Positions 29,804 to 38,388 of a stretch of 46,643 nt of DNA are shown one piece after another. A program made the position numbers and the translations under genes. The first letter of the stretch is position 1, and each line of letters opens with the position of its first letter. Source of the stretch: an uncultured Gammaproteobacteria bacterium (GTDB lineage Bacteria > Patescibacteriota > Microgenomatia > Levybacterales > UBA12049); assembly GCA_964624955.1 (NCBI GenBank), contig CAZUZF010000002.1:1-46643 (forward strand), in the 5' to 3' direction. The notes under the pieces were generated by a model. The model did not search any database and was not told the DNA's origin. It worked only from the letters and a program-made list of their open reading frames with translations.

Positions 29804-30506
29804 ATTTAAGATTTAGGTCTTTCCATAGAGTCAAGCTTTCCCTTACAGCTCTTAAAATTACCCTCAGATTTCCTCCGCTTTGGTCCCCGTAAAGCCTTGG
29901 ATAATGATGGACTTCAACTTCTGTTATTTTAAGTTTATTTTTTTTTGCTTTGGCCAATATTTCAGTTGTTATCATTGCGCCTTCTGCTTCTAAAGGCAGT
30001 ATCTTTAAAATTGTATCCCTTTTAAAAAGCTTAAATCCGCAGTCAATGTCTTTGAATCTAAAACCAAAGAAGACAAAGTCCCAAATTTTTAACATGTTCA
30101 TTAGAATATGCCTTAGGGGATGGTCTAATCTTTTTTTTCTAAAACCAATGACCATATCTGCTTTATCTATTTTGTCCAAAAACCGCGTTATTTCAGAAAA
30201 ATCAAACTGCCCGTCTCCATCGTTAAAGACTATGTATTTATACCTTGCTTTCTCAAATCCTGTTTTAAGCGCCGCACCGTATCCTCTGTTAGTTTTATGT
30301 GTTGCAACGACCAATCTTTTGTCTTTAGCTGCAATTTTTTTCATTTTTTCCAAAGTCTTGTCGGACGAGCCATCGTCAACCATAATAATTTCCCATTTTT
30401 TTGCCACACGATTTGCAACAGGAATAGCTCTACTTACTACAGCTTCTACGTTGTCCTGTTCATTCCAGAAAGGAAAGAAGATGGATAACTCCTCAAATTT
30501 TGCCAT
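29790..30506 (-). CDS. GT2 glycosyltransferase, DPM1/GtrB-like (candidate polyprenol-phosphate sugar synthase), no C-terminal TM
   Basis: 238 aa. Motifs LSIFFPFWNEQDNV, IIMVDDGSSDKT, VFNDGDGQF and ITTEIL. 14-nt overlap with the flippase gene. Confidence 0.87.
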   Translation of the reverse strand: MAKFEELSIFFPFWNEQDNVEAVVSRAIPVANRVAKKWEIIMVDDGSSDKTLEKMKKIAAKDKRLVVATHKTNRGYGAALKTGFEKARYKYIVFNDGDGQFDFSEITRFLDKIDKADMVIGFRKKRLDHPLRHILMNMLKIWDFVFFGFRFKDIDCGFKLFKRDTILKILPLEAEGAMITTEILAKAKKNKLKITEVEVHHYPRLYGDQSGGNLRVILRAVRESLTLWKDLNLKYGRT

Positions 30507-32181
30507 AACGTTTTCTAGAATAGATTATACCAATAATGAGGCTAAGTAATCCAGCAAGAGTTATTAAATTAGAGATTTGCTCTAAGTTCGTTGAAGCGTA
30601 ATAAAAATGTACTTTACTCTTCCCTTTCTTCAGTGTTATTAAAGATCCTCTTTTGTGTTCTTTTAAAGCAATATTTTTGCCGTTAATCTCTGCCTTCCAG
30701 CCTGGAAAATATGCAAGCGGAACTACAACTTCCTGCTCTCTGCCTGCCTCTAGTTCAATATCTAAAACATTGGTCTTTTTATTTTGAGATAAAACTTGCA
30801 GGCTAGGATTTTGTATGGATAAAATATTTGCTATTTCAGTTTTCTGTCTTGGTTTTTGAAAACTCTTTGGCATGTACTCGCTTGAGATCTTTGAGATATC
30901 CCAATTGACCTTTTCTGTTGCAGTATAATCTTTAAGCGTTTTATCCGTAACTGTTTGAGGAACAAAAAACTTTAAATTAAAAACTAAAGCTAAAAGTATA
31001 ATTATTAAACTTACTATCCATAAGTCGTATCCTTTTAAAAACTTTCCAATTGCCCAAATTACACCTCCTGAAATAAAAGATAAAGTAAAAGTTAAAATTG
31101 TCAAAAATCTCCATGGATATTGGAAAAACTCCATTGGCTTTAAGATTTCCCAAAATGTTTTGGAAATATCAAGCATTAAAAATACGGAAAAAAGTGAAAA
31201 AACAAAAAACAACAAGATGAAATGAATATTTTCTTTTTCTTTACCACTTAGCTTAAATTTTCTAAAGAAAGTAAAGGATAAAATGGCAAACGCAACTAGA
31301 GATAAAATAATATGAGTTTTGCCAACCATAAATGATAATCCGTCAATACATCCTTTTGCTGAACCTCCATATCCCCATTGACTTGTCCAAAGCTGTGAAA
31401 GACATACAAAATGGTCTCTAAAATCCGCTCCCCCGCCAATCTGGGACAAAACATTTGTATAATTCATCTCAAAGATTGCTGGAATAAAATAAAACGCGGA
31501 AAGCATCAGGGCCAATATAAAAGAAATTGCAAGAGGAAATATTTTTCTTCTGTCTTTAAATGCCAGAATAAGGGCAAATAGAACAAAAAAGGGGGCAACC
31601 ATTAAAGCGGTAAGGTTGTGTGAAACTATAATTAAGGAAAAGGAAATTGAAGAAATTAAAACATATCTTAATAAATTCTCTTTATAGATTTTATATAAAG
31701 CCCAAATCGCAAAGGGTATGAAGCCATACGCGTAAAATTCCGCAACATCCCCTCTTACATAAATATTAAGTGCATGGTACGGAGCGTAAAGATATAAAAG
31801 GGCGGACAGAATGCCTCCCTTTATGCCGAAAAATTCCTTGGCTAAAACAAACATTGAAATGCCACTTAAGACAATTCCAACTATCATCATTAGTTTAGTG
31901 GCGGTAAGGGAATCAGAAACTATTAAGTTAAATATTGCTCCTACATAATAAGCAAACGGTGCATAAAAATTAAAAATAGGGTAGCCAAAACCAAAACCCA
32001 AATTAGAACTCCATCTAACGGGAAACATTCCATCCTTTAGAGCATTTGTCATTTCAAATACCCTTGTTACTTGCGTATCGTCGTGCATTGGGAAAAAACC
32101 AGTTATTAAAATAGGCTTAAATGCAAAAAAGGAAAGGACAATTAACAAAATGTAAGGCGCAAATCTTCTCAAAATAGTCAT
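30493..32181 (-). CDS. PTPS-related / COG5617-like polytopic membrane protein (GT-C candidate)
   Basis: 562 aa. Motifs PMHDDTQVTRVFEMTNALKDGMFPVRWSSNLGFGFGYPIFNFYAPF and C-terminal YFPGWKAEINGKN. Confidence 0.87.
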   Translation of the reverse strand: MTILRRFAPYILLIVLSFFAFKPILITGFFPMHDDTQVTRVFEMTNALKDGMFPVRWSSNLGFGFGYPIFNFYAPFAYYVGAIFNLIVSDSLTATKLMMIVGIVLSGISMFVLAKEFFGIKGGILSALLYLYAPYHALNIYVRGDVAEFYAYGFIPFAIWALYKIYKENLLRYVLISSISFSLIIVSHNLTALMVAPFFVLFALILAFKDRRKIFPLAISFILALMLSAFYFIPAIFEMNYTNVLSQIGGGADFRDHFVCLSQLWTSQWGYGGSAKGCIDGLSFMVGKTHIILSLVAFAILSFTFFRKFKLSGKEKENIHFILLFFVFSLFSVFLMLDISKTFWEILKPMEFFQYPWRFLTILTFTLSFISGGVIWAIGKFLKGYDLWIVSLIIILLALVFNLKFFVPQTVTDKTLKDYTATEKVNWDISKISSEYMPKSFQKPRQKTEIANILSIQNPSLQVLSQNKKTNVLDIELEAGREQEVVVPLAYFPGWKAEINGKNIALKEHKRGSLITLKKGKSKVHFYYASTNLEQISNLITLAGLLSLIIGIIYSRKRYGKI

Positions 32182-33764
32182 ATTTTTATTTTTGTTTTTA
32201 ATATACTTTTATATTTAAAAGGTAGACAGAAAACTATTAAAATAAGAAAAGACATTATTGAAATCAAATTACTTAAATTTCTTATATTTGTTTCTTCAAA
32301 TTCTATTCTTACGTTATTCTCTCCTTTATTTAATGTCAGTCTAATTGTACCTTTTTCATTATTATAGTTTATATTCTGCCTTTGCCCGTTAACATAGGCC
32401 ACCCAGCCTGGAAAGTAGACTGTATTAACTTCTATTTCACTTTGTTTTGCTAAAGCTACACTAAACATTGTTTTTTTTGCCGATAAAAAAAGATTGTTGG
32501 GTTTTTCATTACCAGACAGGTTTTCTACTTTTGATGTATACATAGAAGTTGGTATCTTTTTTACCCACTTTGGCATATATTCATTTTTTATAGTTGTGGT
32601 ATCTTGGTTTGTCGAATAAAAAGTGTCAGGGTGGTTTTGAAAAACCGAAACAGTCAAAAAAGGCATGGAAGATGCAAAAACAATCACTAAAAATACTAAA
32701 GTCATAAATATTTTGTGTTTTTTGGGCAAAACATAAATTATTACGGCTGCCAAAAAAGATACGGAAAGGGTGGTTATTGAAAGAAACCTAAAAGGAAATT
32801 GAATAAATGATACCGGAAGCAATTTCCAAAGAATCTCACTTTGTGATATGGCAGCAAAAATTGATATTAAAGACAAAGCAAGAAACACAATGGTTAACCT
32901 ATGATCTTTTATTTTTATATGTTTTGTAATGATTAGAATAAAGGTAAAAATAATTACCAAAAAAGAAGGAATTCCAATTAAGCTAGGATCTGAGAAATAC
33001 TGACTAAAATCAGAAACCTGTGTTTTACTAAAAACCGTATATTGCAAATCATAAATCGCAGGAATCGCAAAAAACGAAGACATTCCAATACCCAGTATTA
33101 ATATTATTAAGTATCTTAAAAGTAACTTCTTTTTATTACTGGTTAAAAACAGATTTAATGCCATATAAACTAAGATTACTGTTAAAAATAAAACGGCGAG
33201 AGTATTGTGGGAAAGAATCAACAAAAATATTCCGATGGTTGACCAAAACACACTCTTTCTCTCAATCTGCCACAATATAAATGGCACTATAGCCATTGAT
33301 AATACTTCCCCAACTGAACCTCTTTTATAAACATCAAAAAGATGATAAGGAAAAAGCGTATAAAACAAAGATCCCACAAAACAAGCTAGATCATCAAAAA
33401 ACTTCTTAAGCCAAAGAAACGTAAATACTGATGAAGAAACTAAACTTAGAATAAGTATTAGTTTAATGCTTTCTACAAAGGAAAATCCTAAAACCTTAAA
33501 AGGCACTGCTAAATACATAAACAGAGGATATAAAAAGTCAGAAACCGGATACCCGTACCCGTTATTAAGCCTTGCTAAAAACCTTACGGGAAATTGACCT
33601 GCCTTTAAGCTTTCATAAAAGCTGGAAAACCTAATAACCATCCAGTTTCCGTCATCTGTTAGGGGAAAACCTGGTTGTAAAAGGTTAAATACGGCAGGAA
33701 TTGAAACTAAAACTGCCAAAAGCAAAAACAATATCTTAGAGTGTTTTCTGATTATTTCTAACAT
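32178..33764 (-). CDS. PTPS-related / COG5617-like polytopic membrane protein (divergent paralog)
   Basis: 528 aa. Motifs PLTDDGNWMVIRFSSFYESLKAGQFPVRFLARLNNGYGYPVSDFLYPL and C-terminal YFPGWVAYVNGQR. 29-nt overlap with the upstream YfhO gene. Confidence 0.86.
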   Translation of the reverse strand: MLEIIRKHSKILFLLLAVLVSIPAVFNLLQPGFPLTDDGNWMVIRFSSFYESLKAGQFPVRFLARLNNGYGYPVSDFLYPLFMYLAVPFKVLGFSFVESIKLILILSLVSSSVFTFLWLKKFFDDLACFVGSLFYTLFPYHLFDVYKRGSVGEVLSMAIVPFILWQIERKSVFWSTIGIFLLILSHNTLAVLFLTVILVYMALNLFLTSNKKKLLLRYLIILILGIGMSSFFAIPAIYDLQYTVFSKTQVSDFSQYFSDPSLIGIPSFLVIIFTFILIITKHIKIKDHRLTIVFLALSLISIFAAISQSEILWKLLPVSFIQFPFRFLSITTLSVSFLAAVIIYVLPKKHKIFMTLVFLVIVFASSMPFLTVSVFQNHPDTFYSTNQDTTTIKNEYMPKWVKKIPTSMYTSKVENLSGNEKPNNLFLSAKKTMFSVALAKQSEIEVNTVYFPGWVAYVNGQRQNINYNNEKGTIRLTLNKGENNVRIEFEETNIRNLSNLISIMSFLILIVFCLPFKYKSILKTKIKI

Positions 33765-36120
33765 AGAATAAAATAAAGAATAAAAGTATTAACCCCAAAG
33801 CTCCAATTCCAAGCCCAAAGGTAAAGGTTTTGGGATTGTAATAGAACTCCACTTTATGTTTGCCTTTTGGCACTTCAACTGCCCTAAAAGAATAATTTGC
33901 AAGTAAAATTTCAGTTTTTACCCCATCTACTTTTGCCTCCCATTCTGGATAGAAATTATCTGATAAAAATAGAAAACTGTTTCCTGTTGTACTTACATCA
34001 AAAATTATCCTATTGGGCTTGTATGATAAAAGCTCTGCCGAGCCAGTAGCAAAAGAATCTATAGAAAGCTTTGGCTTTTTTTCTAAAATTAATGTTTTTC
34101 TTAAATTGATATCAGGATTATAAATACTTGCTAAAGCCATTGCTTTGTTTTTGGCAATAATGTAATCTCCTGTTACAAAATATCTTGGCAACGCGTTTAT
34201 ATTCTCATAAACTTGCCATGGATATACTTTATAAGCAAGTCTGTATTGTTCTTTGGGAAAAGTATTTTCATCTGTTTGGTACCAAGCGTCTATTAACTCC
34301 TGCTTGTGCAATATATATTTAACTCCAAGTAAGTCTAATACTTTCTTTCTGTAGAAATTTTGTTTTAGATCATCCGCTCCGTAACCCCCTGCCACATTTG
34401 CGTCTGGTCTTGGAAGAATTTTTGGCAGTTTGCCATCCTTTGACGATGCAAGTAGCTCTGTATAGGAAAGAATGTGCAACGGATCGTTTCCCTCAGGAGA
34501 ATATGTACCGTCAACGCTTTGGAAATTGGCTGGAATATATGCGCTCCCATATCCCCAAAATCTGTTTATTCCCCCCGTTTTACTTAAATAGGATATTACA
34601 GGTGTGTTTGGATATGTAAAACTTATTGGTGCAAAAGGAGTAATTTTATTAAAAAAATAAAAAAGGTCAAAAACAATAAGAAATGTAAGTAACAGTATTG
34701 ATAATTTAAGATTAAATCTTTTAAGAAAGACTGCAATCACTGTAACAAACATTAAACCCGATGGGATTACCAGATTCCTAAGGGTTATTTTTAAATTAAC
34801 AGACAAATCCGGATTTGCCTTCATTAATACTAAAACAATTATCCAGATTAGGGAAAACGAAATGATTGCAAAATAAATAATTTTTTTTGAAAAACTCTTT
34901 GTTTGAATAAAATGATTTATACCGATTGCAGCTAAAACAATTAATGAGAAGATAAAAATACTAAGTTCTCTTGTTGCAACTGTTGTTGAAATAACAGGAA
35001 TAGGGATTAAATAAAAGTACTTAACTAAAGGAAAATTTGTAGCAATCACTAAAGAAACAATTCCTACCAATATAAAAAACTTTCTCTCTTTTACATTAAT
35101 CTTTGTAAAAATAGCGTAAAGAGCAAAAAACAAGATTGCAACCGACGGATACATTACTCTTTCTATATAAGTTCCGTCTAGAAAGTAGTTTCTTGTTGCA
35201 GGATGTCCAAAGAAATCAGGAATAGCTATGGTGATAAGATTAAAAATTGGAGAAAGATTTTTTTCTAATTGCAAAAGTGAATAGGCGCCTCTTGTACTTT
35301 GGGAAAAAAGTTTAAGCGTTGGAAGCAATTGAAAAGATGTAATTAAAAAAGGTAGAAATAAGGAAACTAAAAACAAGAAATTTTTTTTATGTTTTTGAAG
35401 GCTTCCCTTTTTACCAAAGACAAGAAAACTATAGTACAAAAAGCAAAGCAAGTAAATATAAAATACTCCCTGGATGTATCCTGCAAGTATAGAAAAGACA
35501 AAGGACAAACAAATCCCCAAGAAATTTACAATACTTGCCTTCTCAAAATATCTTTTGGTAAAAAATAAAATTAAAGGAAGCCATAAAAGAGTGCTGCCTA
35601 TATTTCCGTACTCAATCCAAACAGTCATATAAGAAGAAAAGCTAAAGGAAATACCCCCAAGGAAAGATGCGACATCCGAGAGATTAATTGATTTTCTAAG
35701 AAACAAATACATGAAAAATCCTGCCAGAAGGGGCTGGAGCATAATAATAATTGTCCAGGCCAAATTAAAAGGCAAAATAAAATACAAAAGGTTAAAAGGA
35801 TAAAAAAATGCGGTTTGGAAATTGGCCATCTGCGGGTTGCCTGAAAAATTATGAGGGTTCCAAAATGGAATACTGAACTGTCTTAACGTATTTATGGAGA
35901 AATACCGCCACGGATATATTTCGGTAATAACATCAGGGCCTTGGGCTTTATTCGGATATCCCCCTGGAGCAAACCCTAAGAAAGATTCTGACCTATAAGG
36001 ATTTTGATTTACTAAAAGATCTCCGGGGAATGGAATATAGCCTTTAAAAACAGGCCAGAAAAATAAAAGTACGATAGCACCGATTAATAAAAAAGGCCAA
36101 AATCTTTGTAACCATTTCAT
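33736..36120 (-). CDS. YfhO-family polytopic membrane protein (GT-C)
   Basis: 794 aa. Motifs YPWRYFSINTLRQFSIPFWNPHNFSGNPQMANFQTAFFYPFNLLYF and C-terminal LSDNFYPEWEAKVDGV...KGKHKVEFYYNP. Confidence 0.9.
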   Translation of the reverse strand: MKWLQRFWPFLLIGAIVLLFFWPVFKGYIPFPGDLLVNQNPYRSESFLGFAPGGYPNKAQGPDVITEIYPWRYFSINTLRQFSIPFWNPHNFSGNPQMANFQTAFFYPFNLLYFILPFNLAWTIIIMLQPLLAGFFMYLFLRKSINLSDVASFLGGISFSFSSYMTVWIEYGNIGSTLLWLPLILFFTKRYFEKASIVNFLGICLSFVFSILAGYIQGVFYIYLLCFLYYSFLVFGKKGSLQKHKKNFLFLVSLFLPFLITSFQLLPTLKLFSQSTRGAYSLLQLEKNLSPIFNLITIAIPDFFGHPATRNYFLDGTYIERVMYPSVAILFFALYAIFTKINVKERKFFILVGIVSLVIATNFPLVKYFYLIPIPVISTTVATRELSIFIFSLIVLAAIGINHFIQTKSFSKKIIYFAIISFSLIWIIVLVLMKANPDLSVNLKITLRNLVIPSGLMFVTVIAVFLKRFNLKLSILLLTFLIVFDLFYFFNKITPFAPISFTYPNTPVISYLSKTGGINRFWGYGSAYIPANFQSVDGTYSPEGNDPLHILSYTELLASSKDGKLPKILPRPDANVAGGYGADDLKQNFYRKKVLDLLGVKYILHKQELIDAWYQTDENTFPKEQYRLAYKVYPWQVYENINALPRYFVTGDYIIAKNKAMALASIYNPDINLRKTLILEKKPKLSIDSFATGSAELLSYKPNRIIFDVSTTGNSFLFLSDNFYPEWEAKVDGVKTEILLANYSFRAVEVPKGKHKVEFYYNPKTFTFGLGIGALGLILLFFILFYVRNNQKTL

Positions 36121-37643
36121 GTTTTTGGAACAACTTGATAAACTCGATAATAAGAACCGTTATTTCCTTGCTCTACCTGAAATATTAATTCTAAAGGAAA
36201 GTCAGCTGGTATAACCTGGTGTTCTTTTTGATAAAAGATAAAATAGGTCGGCATTTTCTTTGCATATTTCAAAACCTCTTTTGGAAATTTATCAACCGGC
36301 CAGTAGCCTTTTATAATGACGTTTTTATTATCTACCAAATACATTTCCATTGCCTCTGGCATTAATCCAAATGTACCTTGGGTTGCAACGAAGATTTTTT
36401 TGTCATAAGACTCTTTTTTAAAAAATGCAACACTCTCCTTTACTCCCCAGCCGGCAGCCCAGTTGTTTACATATTGGCTGTTATCTGCTTTTGCAATTTG
36501 TGAATTTATAGGATCATAAGCAAACTGAAAAGATACAAATCCGCTATAACCAACAAAGACAATCGTTAATACAACTGTGTAGATAACGTTGGGAATTTTC
36601 AGTTTAATTTGTTGACTTGTAAAGGTAATTAGATACTCAAGTCCCCAAGCAGCTTGTGGCAAAAGCATTAAGCTCATAAAGAAAATAAATCTTGGGAAGA
36701 TTACTCTTCCAAAAAGGGCAAGGGCTACAAATGGAAGAAGAAAATAAAGAGAAAGAAGTGCTTTTTCTTTGGTAAATTTTGTAATAAATATATATGAAAT
36801 AACAATTAAAGCAAGGTATGGCAATTTCAAATACTGTGTAAGCCAGCTGAATAAACCGTTAAGATTCCCTATAAAAAAAGTAAAGGGATGCTCAAGCCAC
36901 TCGTTAAGAGGGTAAACAAAGATTGCATTCTTGGCACTGATCATCTGAAAAAGAGGAGAAAGTCTTAAAATATTGTATAGACCGTAGGCAATAGCCGCTG
37001 AAAATCCCGCAAATACAATAAATCTTAAAAGTTTTTTTACTATTTCTTTATCCTTAAAATTAAAAAGGATAAGTAAAAACGGCAAAAGATAAATACTGAA
37101 AAAATTTGCAGTTTTTGTAAGTACACCTGCCGCTATAACAAAACCAAGGGTATAAGCTATATCAAGTCTGGTTTTTCTTACTAAAACAACTGAAAAATAT
37201 GTTGCCCAGACAAAAAAAGTTCCAACCATACTATCATATAAAGCCATTCTGTCTAAAACTTGGGCAAAGGGATAGAACACATAAAGAATTGAAGATAAGA
37301 ATGCAGTCCTTCTACTTTTAAAAAGCTCGTAGGTCAAAAACCAAAGACCAATCATAGTAAAAAAACCACTCACTACAGAAACAAGTCTTGCTGCAATAAG
37401 GGGGTCATTGATAAATTTCATAAAAACTATTACTGCCCAGACAAACATAGGCTGTTTTCCATCGGTTAAAGAGATAAATCTCCATGAGGAATCGTTTAGG
37501 GCAATCTGTGCCCACCTGGTATAAATTGCCTCATCTGTAAACATTGGGAGCCTATCTAGAAAAATTAACCTTAAAAGAAAATAAGAAGCAACGATAAAGA
37601 CAGATAGTATAATTTCATTCCTAAACCTGGATAAAAGCTTCAT
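36117..37643 (-). CDS. ArnT-like GT-C membrane glycosyltransferase (GT39/GT83-like)
   Basis: 508 aa. First-loop DE motif LPMFTDEAIYTRWAQ, more than 10 TM helices and a soluble C-terminal domain. First gene after the predicted promoter at 37650-37678. Confidence 0.85.
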   Translation of the reverse strand: MKLLSRFRNEIILSVFIVASYFLLRLIFLDRLPMFTDEAIYTRWAQIALNDSSWRFISLTDGKQPMFVWAVIVFMKFINDPLIAARLVSVVSGFFTMIGLWFLTYELFKSRRTAFLSSILYVFYPFAQVLDRMALYDSMVGTFFVWATYFSVVLVRKTRLDIAYTLGFVIAAGVLTKTANFFSIYLLPFLLILFNFKDKEIVKKLLRFIVFAGFSAAIAYGLYNILRLSPLFQMISAKNAIFVYPLNEWLEHPFTFFIGNLNGLFSWLTQYLKLPYLALIVISYIFITKFTKEKALLSLYFLLPFVALALFGRVIFPRFIFFMSLMLLPQAAWGLEYLITFTSQQIKLKIPNVIYTVVLTIVFVGYSGFVSFQFAYDPINSQIAKADNSQYVNNWAAGWGVKESVAFFKKESYDKKIFVATQGTFGLMPEAMEMYLVDNKNVIIKGYWPVDKFPKEVLKYAKKMPTYFIFYQKEHQVIPADFPLELIFQVEQGNNGSYYRVYQVVPKT

Positions 37644-37649
37644 ATAAAG

Positions 37650-37678
37650 ATTATATTCTATGTATGTATTTCAATCAA
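37650..37678 (-). promoter_or_regulatory. Candidate sigma70-type promoter with leaderless geometry
   Basis: Minus strand reads TTGATT (37678-37673), 17-nt spacer, TATAAT (37655-37650), then CTTTAT (6 nt), then the ATG at 37643. The 12-mer TATAATCTTTAT is identical to the one at 40331-40320. Confidence 0.55.
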
Positions 37679-37692
37679 TGTTTATACTAAGG

Positions 37693-38349
37693 TTATACTA
37701 TTGCCTTCTCGGGAGAGATCTGAGGAATTTTAGATCCAGGAAGATAAAGCCTACCTTCAATAATTAGTTGGAATATGTTTGCAGGCGTAACGCCTGGAAG
37801 AGTCTCAATACCTACCTCTTCTCTTGCTAAATCTGGGAACGCTACTATTAATTCACCCTCAACTACCTTTTCTGCTATATCAGCATCACGCTCGTCCACG
37901 AAGGTATGTAGCATTACAACGTCTCGCAATACTGCCTTTGTTCCTTCATTTTCTACCTCCTCAAAAGTATCTAGTGCCAAAGCTACATCTGGAACGACAT
38001 CCCAAGGCTCCTCTGAAGGGTCAAAATAAGCAAGATCAGTTCCCCTTCTTGCTTCTCTCATGGACTTTTGTAATGCTATGATACGCTTTGTGTAGTCTGG
38101 ATTTATGTCGGCAATTCTTCTCCATGCTAAATCTACTGGTTGCCAGGAACCCTGTGATCCATTATATTGCCTAGTCCTATCAATCAAATGTCTTTCTGCA
38201 ATTCTTTCGGCGATACAAGCTAAGCTTGTTCCTTGTACTGAAAGTTCTTTAGGTGTAACAAGAGGTCTCACTGCACCAGAAGTCCCATTAAGATCTAAGC
38301 TAGGCTGTTGAGGAATTGTTCTACCTTCTTCACCTGGAAATCCTGCCAT
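37693..38349 (-). CDS. Hypothetical soluble acidic protein with no recognisable domain
   Basis: 218-aa ORF, ATG start, no TM segment. The N-terminal roughly 40 aa are G/P/S/T-rich and the rest looks helical. It is the longest frame in a locally more G+C-rich patch, has the same strand as its neighbours, and has its own promoter-like element. No family recognised. Confidence 0.65.
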   Translation of the reverse strand: MAGFPGEEGRTIPQQPSLDLNGTSGAVRPLVTPKELSVQGTSLACIAERIAERHLIDRTRQYNGSQGSWQPVDLAWRRIADINPDYTKRIIALQKSMREARRGTDLAYFDPSEEPWDVVPDVALALDTFEEVENEGTKAVLRDVVMLHTFVDERDADIAEKVVEGELIVAFPDLAREEVGIETLPGVTPANIFQLIIEGRLYLPGSKIPQISPEKAIV

Positions 38350-38355
38350 AGACGG

Positions 38356-38384
38356 AATATACCAGAAGAAATAAGCAATATCAA
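38356..38384 (-). promoter_or_regulatory. Candidate sigma70-type promoter with leaderless geometry
   Basis: Minus strand reads TTGATA (38384-38379), 17-nt spacer, TATATT (38361-38356), 6 nt (CCGTCT), then the ATG at 38349. It lies entirely within the 39-nt intergenic gap. Confidence 0.5.
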
Positions 38385-38388
38385 TAGG

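Noticed and set aside
29950-30549. 199-aa plus-strand ORF
   Set aside because: It lies entirely antisense to a GT2 gene with clear family motifs. It is low-complexity and S/L-rich, with no start context or motif of its own, so I read it as a shadow ORF.
37775-38311. Three plus-strand ORFs (84, 85 and 68 aa) opposite the 218-aa ORF
   Set aside because: They are mutually overlapping, S/T/L/P-rich and shorter than the minus-strand frame. The minus frame has the promoter-like element and matches the operon orientation. The coding status of the region still deserves a conservation test.
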